The notes below the pieces were generated by a model. It worked only from the letters and a program-made list of their open reading frames with translations, searched no databases and had not been told where the DNA came from. Shown in pieces: positions 30,509 through 43,890 of a stretch of DNA of 64,000 bases (its first letter is position 1; every line of letters begins with the position of its first letter). A program made the translations under genes and the position numbers. This DNA is from Eledone cirrhosa (taxonomy: Eukaryota), in contig OZ024742.1 in the NCBI GenBank assembly GCA_964016885.1, positions 193,564,001 through 193,628,000 of the forward strand, given 5' to 3'.

Positions 30509-30588
30509 CTTCCCTGATGACGAAAGGCTTCTCCGTGCGTTCTTCGGATAGTACGTTTAATCCCTTTCAGAAACTAATTAGTTGGGAG
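30509..30588 (+). ncRNA. Type I hammerhead of the 521-bp monomer
   Basis: cttcc-CTGATGA-cgaaagg...cctttca-GAAA-ctaattag-TT-gggag. Confidence 0.8.
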
Positions 30589-30634
30589 TGAAATTTAAGT
30601 AAGTAAGTTAATTTTATAATTTTCTTATTTTACG

Positions 30635-30688
<54 letters not shown>

Positions 30689-31322
30689 CGTATTTATTGT
30701 GTAATCTATGTTATAGTTATTCACGTTCCGGCGTTCAAATATTCTGTTTCATGAGTGAGTAATGGACCGGCGATGCTATAGGGATCCCTAATTCACTGGC
30801 ATCGTTAACAAATTTATATATTTCATCTCCCAAACAATAGATCAGCAAAAAAATGTAAGTAGAACCTTTTATCATTATTCAGTTCCCACTGTATTTCTTT
30901 GAGAGTCTATTTAATTTTTTTAAATCTTTTTTTTTTGTTTTTTTCTCCTGGCAAATGTTGCCTATTCGACTTCCCCTTCCATTGGCGACACGTGTTGCTA
31001 CTGGTTTGTTACTATTCAATTTGGTTCTCAAGTTAAGTCAATACTTAAAACATATATATTATCTCTCTTTTATTGCAGCTACATATATCATTTTGTTTCC
31101 ACCAGTCGGTATTCTGTCCCTTTCGAGACATCTAGCTTTTCGCCATCAATAAGCCTATTATAAACACTATTTACTTTTAACTTTTCATTTCTGTGATCAT
31201 GTCACATAAATGTTATATATGGCAATGTCTCATTTCCCGTTTCCTTCTGTTATTTTAACTAAAGTCATTTTTTCTAATTCCACCCCGCCCGTCCCTTCAA
31301 TCTATCTAACTTCTCATGCTTG

Positions 31323-31356
31323 CTTCTGATGAAAGAATAGCGTCCGAAACGTTAAG
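31323..31356 (+). ncRNA. Hammerhead with decayed helix II in a solo pLTR-like fragment (~31200-31445)
   Basis: ctt-CTGATGA-aagaatagcgtcc-GAAA-cg-TT-aag; flanks match 63650-63780 on minus. Confidence 0.55.
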
Positions 31357-31450
31357 ACCCTCTTCCTGCCATTTCAAGCGTTAACCTAATATATTCCTTC
31401 CATATACTGTACCGATCGTGTTGTTATTTATGTTTATCATTTAAATAAAC

Positions 31451-31504
<54 letters not shown>

Positions 31505-31535
31505 TTTTATATATGTGTGTGTGTGTGTGTGTATG

Positions 31536-31611
<76 letters not shown>

Positions 31612-31615
<4 letters not shown>

Positions 31616-31731
31616 AGGCGTGTGGCTGAGTGGTTAGAGAATTGTATTCGCAATCGTAAGGTTGTGAGTTTGATTCCTGGACTAGGCGATGCGTTATGTC
31701 CTTGAGCAAGACACTTTATTTCACGTTGCTC
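31612..31731 (+). mobile_element. tRNA-derived SINE 5' part with CORE-like segment
   Basis: Box A tggctgagtgg, box B gtttgattcc, then tgtccttgagcaagacactttattt. Confidence 0.8.
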
Positions 31732-33419
31732 CTTCTACCTGGAGTTGCGACCGATAGATAGTATTAGCAATTGGAAAGACCAACGGAAACATTGTTCCCT
31801 CGGTCCGATTTGACATAAAAGTCGATCATTCCTTTATATATATATATATATGTATATATATGTATATGTATAAGTATAACTTCGGTGGGATTTGGACTCA
31901 GACGATAAAGGGCTGTAACTCTATGCTGCAAGATATGGCGTCCGACACTCTACTGATACTGTCAATCCACCGGTTGAAAGTGACGACGATTATAATAAAA
32001 ATACATATTAATTTAATAATTCTATGTTTACAACATTCTATGTAAGTATTCTTCAATGATCTATTTTAATTAACATCTTCCCTCCTGTTATATCGGACAT
32101 AACTGTATTTCAATTTCCATTTATTTAAATGAAACTCAATAGTTTTCTTGTATATTATCTTTAAACATTATCAAACGAATATGCGCTAAATTACGATAAC
32201 TTTCATCTACCTATAATCGGAAAATTAAGCGGAATTGTGTTTTGTTATTGTTGTTGTTCAGGAATAGATAACAAGAGATTGACAGAAAGCCAGTCAGACA
32301 GTAACACAGAGATAATTGTGGAGGTAGGTATGAAGATTGATAGATAGATAAATAGATAGATAAACACAAAATTTGATCCACAAGTACATAAAATCAACTT
32401 ATAGAGAAACTGCTAAATCGATAGCTAGTTATATGTTTATATTGTCCGAACATACATAGATGGCTATGGACAGCAGCAGTTTAACCACTGGCTATTTTCC
32501 CAACACAAATATACAGATATGGTGGAAGACTATAAATTACTGTTTCGTAAACGTATCTAGCACAAATACATGTGGTTTATGTTATTGTCCCAGAACTCTA
32601 CATGGAGTCGTATTTCGTGTTGTAGTAGCATATGGCGTTTATTGGGCTTTTAAGAGACATGCCACTCCAGGTCTGAACACAGACAATTTCTTCCAGAAAA
32701 GGATATAAATGAGAGAGAGATGGAGAACGAAAGAAATATACATGAAGAATTGAACTCAGTACTATAGTGGTACGTTTTTACCAACCTCAAAAGAATAAAA
32801 GGCAAAGTTAATCTCATCAACATTTGAACTCAGACAACAGAGATACAGAAAGAATATCGCAAAGAATACGTTCTAAATACTTTACCACTATGCCACCTAT
32901 TGAGGTTTATAATAAACATATTGTAGTAATGTTTTTTTCTTATTTTTACTGCTGTATATATGTATTAAGTGTGCAATTGACTGAATAAATTACTTCAGGC
33001 AAAATGTTGTCTGCCAAGTTACTGAAAAAACTACGATAATTTACACATATACGAACATTAATATTTAAATCAATGGAAATTAGCGAGAGGTGTTCTATTA
33101 CACGTCTGTCTGACATTTTGTCTGTCTGTAGATATTTATGACTGTGTGTATACATGTTTGTATGTTGCAAGCTGCTCATGTTTAAGTCGAGTGACAAGCG
33201 ATGACATTGATTGAAATCTAGTTGCGGACTTCATGTATGTAGGAATGCATGCATATATGTATGTATGTTTCTCTTAATTTCGAGTTCATTTTTGACCGGC
33301 CACCTTCCTGGTGGCAAGGTTGTAATATATAAGAAATTGTCATCCCTTGAATCGCAAGAATGCTTTGCAAATATTGACGGTGCCAGCAATCGCAGTCATT
33401 TGTAGTCTATGAATTAGGG

Positions 33420-33850
33420 AGCTGCGTTCTTTGTCCTTAAATCCAAGTTCAGTTATACTTTGGTTCAAGTGAGTTGGTATATAACCTGTAGCTCCAATAA
33501 GGATGGGTATGGAGATGAAGGTGTTTACTGGTTCTGCTAACTCCTCATCAATAGTCCGTAGATATCCTCCTTCTCTTGTATCTCTTGTATTTTTCTTACA
33601 AAGTTGACATCAAGTGGGCAGCTGATCTCTACAACAGAGCACGTTTTCAATGTGTGGTCCCAAACAACAATATCAGGCCGGTTGTGTTTTAATTTATTGG
33701 CAGTTTTTATTTTAAGGTTCCCCCAGTATTCTTTAGTGCCGTCTACCTCAACATATTCCTCATCATTTGTTTTTAATCTTGTTTATCTAAGTGCGCTCCA
33801 GATGGTTCTAGCTATCACATCGTGTCTCACAGGGAGGTAGTAGCGAGACG
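33420..33850 (-). pseudogene. R4/Dong-like non-LTR fragment (restriction-like endonuclease region)
   Basis: Minus translation RHDVIA..YWGNLKI..HNRPDIVVWD..VEISCPLD. Confidence 0.75.
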
Positions 33851-33920
33851 ACACGTATGTATGTATGTATGTATGTATGTATGTATGTATGTATGTATGT
33901 ATGTATGTATGTATGTATGT

Positions 33921-35045
33921 ATTTATGCCTGCGAGACCTGGGTCACATATCGACACCGCCTTAAGCAATTGGAGCGTTTCCATCAGATGTGTCTCAGACG
34001 GATCCATGGCGTTCACTTGAGGGACCACATCAGTGATGTCGAGATTTTGGAAAGCTCTATGTGTGACAGTATAGAAGCTCTTGTGCTTAAGCAACGACTC
34101 CGTTGGAGTGGTCACCTTGCCAGGATGAAGGATTCTATAATACCAAAACAACTCTTTTATGGAGAGTTGGTTAAAGGAAAACGACCGCCACATAAACCAA
34201 AAAAGAGTTATAAGGATTCCTTGAAAGCCTCTCTGAAAGACGCTAACATCTCTGCTGATACATGGGAGAATATTGCTGCTGATCGTAATAAATGGAGAAA
34301 GACTGTATATGAGGGAAAAGTTGCCTTTGAGGCATTCTCGAATCGCATACGAGAAAGTAAAGCGGGATGTGAGGAAGGGCATTGCTGTTGCACTTCCAGA
34401 CGGCGAGAGTCCTCCTATGGTGCTGACATGCAGCGTATGTGCGAGACTCTGCCTAAGCAAAGCTGGACTCGAAAGTCATCTTCGCAGTCATAAAGAAAGA
34501 CCAGTGGTTGACTACGAGGCTGCTGTTGGAGATGCTACTCATCATGCTTGCCAAACATGTGGTAGAGAATGTAAATCAGCAGGAGGGCTCAAGCGACATG
34601 CAAAAGTACACGAACTCCAACCACAGCCGACTATTCCCAGTGAATGCTTCGGTTGCCGACTCTGTGCAATACATTTTAGGTCATTGGCTAGGCTAAAAAG
34701 CCACATTCGATCGCAGCGCTGTTAGTTGCTATCGTGTGTATGTGTGTGTGTAGATATGCTTATGTGTGTGCGTGTGTGTGTATATATATATGTATATGTA
34801 TATTATTATTGTTGTTGTCGTTATTATTGTTGTTATTATTATTATTATTATTATTATTGTTATTAATGTATGTGGGTGTGTATATGTGTGTGAGTGTGTG
34901 TGTGTGTGTGTGTATATGTGCAAGTATATGTATATATATATATATATATATATTTCTCTTTTTTATATTTTCTTTTTATTTATTATTTTTTTTTTTTTTT
35001 CGTGCAATGGCCATACTCGATAACGAGGGGGCAGCCATCATGTAT
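33921..35045 (+). mobile_element. RTE-clade LINE 3' fragment with C-terminal C2H2 fingers, (TATG)n on both sides
   Basis: YACETW, LERFHQ.CLRRI, RLRW.GH..RM, PKQL.YGEL, DR..WR; 3' tail atggccatactcgataacgag..gcagccatc(atgt)n. Confidence 0.9.
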
Positions 35046-35203
35046 GTATGTATGTATGTATGTATGTATGAATGTATATGTATATGTATATGTATATATA
35101 TATATGTATATGTATGTATATATATATGTGTATATATATGTGTGTATATATATGTATATATATATGTATATGTATATATATATATATGTATATATATATA
35201 TAA

Positions 35204-36465
35204 AGTTTCTTGGTGAGGAGGGTGACTTTGGACATCCTGCAGGACTAAAAACAAGACCTGTCAAAGGGCAAAGGAGCTCTTAAGAGTCAATGGCCATCCA
35301 AAATCACCGGGAGAGATGACCCCTTAGCCTTTGTCAAGGCAGAATTCTAGGAGAAGGAAAACTCTGATATAACACCTGCAACCCTGATGGTATCCAATGA
35401 TGTTGACTTGTTCTTCTTTTTGGTAAATATCATCTTGGTTAAGAGAGTGGGACTGGCTTTGTGCAGTGCCTTTGCTCACTATAAAAGCTTCACGGCACAG
35501 GCATTGCTTTATATCTGGAGATCTCTCTGCACTTGTCGTCACATGGTACCATGGGCCCAGCACTATGTGTCAGTAATTGTCACAAGTGTAGTGTTTGTAC
35601 CAGAGTTTTCAAGTCGCTGGCTGGACTAAAAAGTCACACTCGTTCAGCGCATCGGTAGGGGTTCTCCTACATGGATATAAAGTAGTGGCCGTACTCGAAA
35701 ACGAGTTGGCAGCCACCATGTATGAATGTATGTATGTATGTATGTATGTATGTATGTATGTATGTATGTATGTATGTATGTATTTATGCCTGCGAGACCT
35801 GGGTCTCGCAGGCATAAATACATACATACATACAAATAATACATATGTCAGGTCACCAGTTGGTGCTACTGGTAACATGTATCCCAGTACAACCTGTCTC
35901 ATGGTCGGGTCGTTGGCGACTAAACTGGCAACCCCACCAAGGTTTCTTGGTGAGGAGGGTGACTTTGGACATCCTGCAGGACTAAAAACAAAACCTGTCA
36001 AAGGGCAAGGGAGCTCTTAAGAGTCAATAGCCATCCAAAATCACCGGGAGAGATGACCCCTTAGCCTTTGTCAAGGCAGAATTCTAGGAGAAGGAAAACT
36101 CTGATATAACACCTGCAACCCTGATGGTATCCAATGATGTTGACTTGTTCTTCTTTTTGGTAAATATCATCTTGGTTAAGAGAGTGGGACTGGCTTTGTG
36201 CAGTGCCTTTGCTCACTATAAAAGCTTCACAGCACAGGCATTGCTTTATATCTGGAGATCTCTCTGCACTTGTCATCACATGGTACCATGGGCCCTGCAC
36301 TATGTGTCAATAATGGTCACAAGTGTAGTCTTTGTACCAGAGTTTTCAAGTCGCTGGCTGGACTAAAAAGTCACATTCAGCGCATCGGTAGGGGTTCTCC
36401 TACATGGATATAAAGTAGTGGCCGTACTCGAAAACGAGTTGGCAGCCACCATGTATGTATGTATG
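35204..36465 (+). mobile_element. Two copies (35204-35720 and ~35850-36455) of a non-autonomous RTE-related element/SINE
   Basis: ~515-bp near-identical direct repeat, each ending gtggccgtactcgaaaacgagttggcagccacc(atgt)n like the RTE tail at 35007. Confidence 0.8.
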
Positions 36466-38745
36466 GTGTTTTTCTCAGGTGACGGATAAGTGGTGGAGTG
36501 AGAAGGCTGATGAAATACAAGCTGCATCAGATTCCAGGTAACACAAAGCTGTTGTACAGTCTCTTGCGTGAAGTTTATGGAAAGTCTTCTTCTCTTGTGA
36601 CACCGCTTCTAAACAAGCATGGCAAGGAACTTATTCGTGACTCACAAAGAATTCTTCGAAGGTGGCGAGAGCACTTTGATGAACTTTTTAATCAGCCATC
36701 TGTCGTCAATGAAGATTTGCTCAATCTCATTCCTGAAAAACCCGTGAAATAGCTCTCGCAGACCCACCGACGCTTGTGGAGGTTGCAGCACCTATCTCGC
36801 AGCTGAACAGTGGAAGGTTTCCAGGTATGGATGGCATACATGCAGACCGCTTACAATATGGTGGTGAGAGACTTCTGCAACATGTTTCCTCTTTGTTTGG
36901 CAGGACATGGGCTAGTGAATCCGTACCTGAGGACTGAAGAGATGCTGTATAGGTAGTCTTGTGCAAGGGAAAGTGTAACAAGAATGATAATGGAAACTAC
37001 AGAGGTATATCATTGCTTTCTGTCGTAGGAAAAATTTATGTAGGGTGCTGTTGGACCGTCTGCTGACACACATTGCAGATTGTGTTTTTTCTGAAAGTCA
37101 ATCTGGTGTTCGTGCTGAACGCGGCACTACTGACATGATCTTCTAAGCTAGATAGTTCCAGGAGAAGTGCATGGAGAGAGGTTTAGATCTGTATCAGGTT
37201 TTTATCAAACTGACAAAAGCTTTCGATACTGTTAACAGAAATGCATTGTGGAAGGTTCTCCAGAAACCTGGTTGCCCTGATAACTTCCACGCTTTGGTTA
37301 GGTCTTTCCATGATGACATGAAGGCTTAGGTTAATGTCAGAGGTAACATGTCGGAGCCAATCTGAGTAAAAAATAGAGTGAAACAGGGGGATATTCCAGC
37401 ACCGATCCTGTTTGCCATATACTTTGCAATAGTGTTCTATATTGCATTCAGGAATTGCGAGCATGGTGTCTACATCCAAAATCGAACCTTAGGCAGCAAA
37501 TTTAACATCAGGCGCTTTGCTGCAAAAACAAAAGTATTTGCATCAATGATAAGAGACCTCTTGTATGTAGATGATTGCGATCTTGTAGCGCACATAGGGA
37601 GTGATACGCAGCACATTTTGAATGCATTTTCTGATGCTTGCACTGCCCTTGGATTGACTGACAGTCTCAAGAAAACCGTCGTCATGTACCAAATTGCTCC
37701 TAGTAAACGGTACAGTGAGCCAAATATCTATGTGTATGGTAAACGACTTGGAGTGGTCGATTAGTTTGTCTATCGGGGAAGCACTGTCAATCGATACAGC
37801 ATCCTTGATAATGAAATTCCACTCAGGATTAGGGAAGAAAATGATGGTTTCGGAAAGCTTGAAAGGCGCCTCTGGGGTCGGCGGGACATATGCAAGAAGA
37901 CAAAGGTAAAGGTGTACAAGGCATGTGTGCTCGCTTCTCTTCTTTATGCCTGCGAGACCTGGGTCACATATCAACACAACCTTAAACAATTTGAGCGCTA
38001 CCATTAGATGTGTCTCAGCCGGATCCATGGAGTTCACTCGAGGGACCACATCAGTGATGTCGATATTTTGGAAAGCTCTGTATGTGACTGTATAGAAGCT
38101 CTTATGCTTAAGCAAAGATACCGTTGGAGTGATCACTTTACCAGGATTAAGGATTCTAGAATACCAAAACAACTCTTTTATGGAGAGTTAGTTAAAGGAA
38201 AACGACCTCGACATAAACCAAAATAGAGGTATAATGTTTCGTTGAAAGCCTCTTTGAAAGACGCTATCATCTCTGCTGACACATGGAAAAATGTTGCTGC
38301 GGATCGTAATAAATGGAGAAAGACTGTATATGAAGGGAAGGTTACCTTTGAGGCATCTCGAATCGCATACGAGATAGTAAAGAGGGATGTGAGAAAGGGC
38401 ATTGCTGTTGCATTTCCAGAGAGCGAAGGTCCTCCTATGGTGCTGACATGCAGTGTCTGTGCGAGATTCTGCTTCAGCAAAGCTGAACTCGAAATTCATC
38501 TTCGCAGTCATAAAGTGAGACTTGTGGTTGACTACCAAGCTACTGTTGGAGATGCTACTCATCATGGTTGCCAAGCATGTGGTAGAGAGTGTAATCAGCA
38601 GAAGGGCTAAAACGACATGCAAAAGTACATGAACTCCAACCACAGCCTGCTATTCCCAGTGAATATTTTGGTTGCCAAATCTGTGCAAGCCATTTCATAT
38701 CATTGGCTGGGCTAAAAAGCCACATTCGATCGCAGCACTGCTAAT
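36466..38745 (+). pseudogene. Degenerate RTE LINE (RT and C-terminus)
   Basis: RWREHF..LFN, NYRGISLLS, KAFDTVNR, VKQG..AP.LF, DLLYVDD; 37942-38740 homologous to 33921-34725; many stops. Confidence 0.92.
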
Positions 38746-38842
38746 GGTTTGTGTGTGTGTGTGTGTATGTGTATATGTATATATAGATATGTATATGTGT
38801 GTGTGTCTGTCTATATATTTTATTATCATTATTATTATTATT

Positions 38843-39665
38843 GTCGACGAAAATCAACTAGCCAATCTCTTCGGAAGAACTTTCGGGCCGGGGCCTATGG
38901 ACAATTTCCAGAAATCCCTGGCCTGGCAGTGCTACCGAGGAGCCTTGCCAGTTCTGGATAAATTCTACAGGCATGGAAGTGCCGTCAGCCGGGCATGTCC
39001 GAGATGCGCGCAGAGCGACGAAACCGTCCTGCATGCACTCGTCCAGTGTCCGAGCATTGCTGACTTGTGGGTTTATGTCGAACACCTGCTGTCACGTGTA
39101 GGACGGATTCGGCTATCAGCTGAGTCCATCGTGAGGATTGCCTCGCCCTCTTCCTTTAGCCGGGAAGGGCAGGCAGTTCTTATCTGTCTGGTGGCACTGG
39201 CGAAAGAGATAGTATGGTGGACGCGTCTGAAAGGGCTGAAGACGAGCCCTTACCTCTTTGTGATGCCCTGATTAACTTTTTGAAAAGGAAAATGAAGGTA
39301 GAGAGGGAAGTGCTCTCTTCCCAGCATTTTGTTGAAAGATGGGTGAGAGAAGCAAGTATGGCCCGAGTGAATGGGCCTACGCTGAGTATGTGTCTGTAAA
39401 TTAAAGGTGGAAAACTGGGAGAGGGCACTTGCCCTAGTGGTCAGGGTCACTGGCCTTTTAATGGGCTTTCTCCACAAATGTCGCTCGGAAGTCTCCCCCG
39501 TATTGGGGAATTTTTCATTGTTATTTTTTGTTACATCCTCTGTTTTTGTTTTTATTACACGCAGAAATGCCCATTTGTACTGTCATGTATTGTCCTGTAC
39601 TGTTCTTAATGTCTACTTTATGTAAACCCTTGTGGTTAATAAAGAAAGCATTATTATTATTAATA
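38843..39665 (+). mobile_element. Tx1/L1-like LINE 3' fragment
   Basis: CPRCAQSDETVLHALVQCP zinc knuckle; 3' UTR ending aataaagaaagc(att)n; (ATT)n upstream. Confidence 0.8.
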
Positions 39666-41620
39666 TTGGCGACCTACGTAGTAAATCGTATCATCGTGAG
39701 CTCCGCAAATATTTGTTATTTTCAGTTGTTTAAAATTGCCATTTATGGAATATTGTTATTGTTAACTGTATATACGTGCACACACATTGTTATCTGAAAA
39801 GGACACCCAAAAAGATTGGGGCCTTGAGCCCAAAATTTAAACTTTTATAATTATCAAACAAAACTTTTTTCTTTGAAAAATCATGGATGATTCAGATCAC
39901 TCCTTCCTCACAAACTAACACCTCACACCGACACCACCATTGTAAATATTACTACGTTTGCCAATACTAAAAATATAAGCAGTAGCAAAATTTTAAATTC
40001 GTCTGAGGCAGACATTCATTTCCGCCATTACCAATGACTGCAGGTGTTAAAGCCGCCACCCCCACCAGCACCACAGCGACAACAGAAACAAAAGAAAAAC
40101 ATAAATTAACTCGTGACATCGAAATTAATTCAACCAAAATGAACTCTCCCACACCGAACACCACTGACGCCACCACCAACACAACTGAAACAAAAATTAA
40201 TAATAACAGAAATAAAGATAACAGCAACAATGAAATTAAGAAAACAACCCTGAGTTTTGCCAGAGTAGTAAAACAGCTCGAAGCATTCCAGGTAATCAGG
40301 AGGAATTAGAAGAAGCCAAAAAAACGCGCCAGAACAAGCACCAGCGCCTACACCATCCACCACGCCACAACCAAAACCAACGCCTGTGGAGGATTTTTCA
40401 CTCCCCCGCCTATCACAACTGGAGACAGATTGTGACGACGAGGAGTGGGAAACGGTATCAAGAAAAAAGAAAAAAAGAAACCAAATAAGAAAAAATTCTC
40501 TTCCTTCCCCCTCCAAAAACAAAATATAGAAGGAAACAAATAAAGTATCAAACAAAAAAGTTAGGACAGATATGTCACCATCCACACCAGCATCACCAAC
40601 CCCATCACCACAAACGCCAACACTATCACCATCATTAATCCCAACCCCACCGTCACCTACACCACAAAGGTCACCAAAAAGCGAAACAGAAACAAACCCA
40701 CAACAAACGCAAACAAAACAAAACAACCAAAACGATACACACTACACAGCATTACATTTGAACAACAATCAATTATTACACTACATCCAACACAACGCCA
40801 GCATCACAGAAAAAGACAACACAACAACCCAAACGTTCACACCACCTCCACACATACAAATCACTCGCATCACACAGAAAACGTACACGACACTAAAACA
40901 AAAATTCCCCAAAGACATCGGAGACTTCCGACAAACACACTCCAGGGGGATTTATAAGGACATCCTTCGAGAGTAGGCCACAAGCAGTGAAAATGATGGA
41001 CAAACCATCCTTCCTCTACGAGAAGTAAGGTAAGTGGTCTTTCCCATATTTTCCACTCCATTTCAACATGACCTCACTCAGAATAGGCAGCATAAATGCG
41101 CGTGGCTTGGGGTCATCATGGAAGCAGGGCCACCTGCTCAACGACCTCAGTTCACTAAACATAGATGTAGTGGCCATCAATGAGACCAGAATCTCCGAAG
41201 CACGGGCCTTCGCACCGATCTTCGGCGGCTACGAGGTGTACGCATCTCCAGCCGCCCTGAATCGGGAGGAGGAGTTGCTGTGCTTTTTCGGAGAGGTTTG
41301 GATCTCGCCATACGGGCCATCTTCCTGGACCCAGAAGATAAGTTGGTGGTGCTGGACGTGACCAGCGGAGAAGGACAAGCTTTCAGGCTAGTGGCCGTCT
41401 ATGCCCCGACAGGAGCAGGGCGGCCTGATTTCTTCCGGCGTCTGGAGACCTTTCTAGGAACGTCCCGATCTTTAGTGTTAGTGGCCGACTAGAACGGGAT
41501 CTTATATGCACGCTGGGACTGTGTCGGATTAGCGGATAGAGGAGAAGGGTGCAAGAGCCTCACCAACCTGCTCAGGGGTTTTGAACTGTCTGACAGGTAC
41601 CGATTGGATTTCCCGAATGT
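39666..41620 (+). mobile_element. Tx1/L1-like LINE 5' part: decayed low-complexity ORF1-like region + APE N-terminus from 41068
   Basis: MTSLRIGSINARGL, VAINET, RLVAVYAP, LVAD*N; upstream A/C-rich Thr/Pro-rich broken ORFs. Confidence 0.7.
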
Positions 41621-41668
41621 GTATATCCCGAATTGTATTGAATCTTTGTTCTTATCAATAAACAAGCA

Positions 41669-41809
41669 TCATTATTTCTGAAGACGGCATATATATGTGA
41701 AGGTATGTATATTCCCTCTGATAGTTTGTATAATATTATACATATATCTATAGAATATGCATACCAATTCTAACACATATATGTCCTAGAAACGATCGTA
41801 AAATAATGA
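41669..41809 (+). ncRNA. Type I hammerhead with ~104-nt helix II region
   Basis: tcattattt-CTGAAGA-...-GAAA-cgatcg-TA-aaataatga; perfect 9-bp helix I; predicted cleavage after 41800. Confidence 0.85.
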
Positions 41810-41867
41810 ACTTTTTTTTGTTTAATATAAGGAACTGTTTCTTTGTTTATTCATTATTTTTTTAATA

Positions 41868-41935
<68 letters not shown>

Positions 41936-42012
41936 AAAAAGAGATGAAATCGAAAATGCAACTGGAGTCTCATTTAAAAAAAAATAATATATATATATAT
42001 ATTTATTTGGTT

Positions 42013-42050
42013 CCTTTACCGGTTTCGCAGTTCTTCTGCTTTTCAAAAGG
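42013..42050 (-). ncRNA. Minimal type I hammerhead with U3-A8 core
   Basis: cctt-TTGAAAA-gcag(aagaa)ctgc-GAAA-ccgg-TA-aagg; in a ~160-bp insert between TA tracts. Confidence 0.85.
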
Positions 42051-42825
42051 TGAGTTGAGATGGAGGGTCTGTGGTTTTTCTCACATCTCTTTTTCTTTAT
42101 ACTTTCACTCGTGTAGGACACCTCGGTTATTTTTCATTTTGTAAAAGAAACCTCACTTTCTAATATATATATATATATATAGGACAGAGTTGAAGCGAAC
42201 GGTATATCTATGTAACTGTGATGTTTTATTCGGGATATTTGTAACCATCTCCAATACATTTGTCAGTAACACATTTAATAACGGTAAACATATTCAGTAT
42301 TAATAGCTAACATTTCCGGCAATCTCTTCTCTTAGATAAATTTCAATGCTTGCCATGTTGAACTATATGAACTGGATAATAAACCTCAAACGAACCCCAC
42401 CAAGAATGCCATTATGCAATTAACTACTCAAATAAACGTTGGATATTAATTTTATTATTGCTATATTGACTAATAATCCATTTTATGATATATCTTAATA
42501 GCGGCATGTTCCTGAATATTTCAGTAACCGCAAGAAATTATTTCAACCGTTATATCAGTAAATTATATTCCATATACTTCAACAAGCTTAAAAGGTGTAA
42601 TTAATTTACCTTCTTATATACAATATAGTTAACTACTTATCTACGAAATGGATTTTATATCTAGTTGTAGATATAGATAGGTAATACTATATAAATGATA
42701 TACATTGTGTCTTACAATTGTCAGAGTAATTACAGAGATTCTAATAGATATAAAATAAATGGACTGTGTTCGAATGTAAAGATAACTTACTACGCATGAG
42801 AGTATATATATATATATATGAATAT

Positions 42826-43366
<541 letters not shown>

Positions 43367-43653
43367 GCATATGCTTACACGAACATAAATACAAACGTAT
43401 ATACACACATATATATACATATATACGTATATGCATATGGCACATACATACAAACATACTTTCGTATGTGAGTGTATATTTATAGGGGCTTCTACTTTAT
43501 CATAACAATTATTAAGAAGAAATTGTAATGAATTTACAGGCAACATTATTTAAATTGGTAAAATCTCTCTGACGGTTTTTCAACACAGAAGACGTGAGTT
43601 ACATGACCAGAACTATCTATCGTGACTGTATCCGTGTGTAAATGTCACCTCTA

Positions 43654-43890
43654 TCACTCTACATTTCCTTTCTTTTGAGAGAAATATGGTCGTAACCACG
43701 AACTGTCATGAAATATATTGTAAAAGTGTACATTGTTTTGTTTCTCTTCCTTTATTCTAATTTCCACTACTGCATTTCTAACCTGCATTGTCCCAACATT
43801 TCCAAACAAATGCTGATCAGATATTTTACACTGCATCTTATAAACTATATTGTTTGTTACCTCATGCACAATCAGTGAATTAAATATTCT
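43654..43890 (-). pseudogene. Possible highly decayed GIY-YIG fragment
   Basis: NNIVYKMQCKI..NVGT resembles PLE endonuclease start. Confidence 0.35.

Larger units (their letters stand above)
29551..30643. mobile_element. Retrozyme-like non-coding 521-bp monomer, one copy per strand, each terminally redundant
   Basis: tagtatatctagtaacatatat at 29551 and 30072; tataattttcttattttacgtctctcatat at 30094 and 30615; both periods 521; one HHR per monomer; (TA)n flanks. Confidence 0.85.

Noticed and set aside
35848-35940. Possible HDV-like ribozyme at the 5' end of the RTE-related element
   Set aside because: Some hairpins present but I could not build consistent P1/P1.1/P2 pairings by hand
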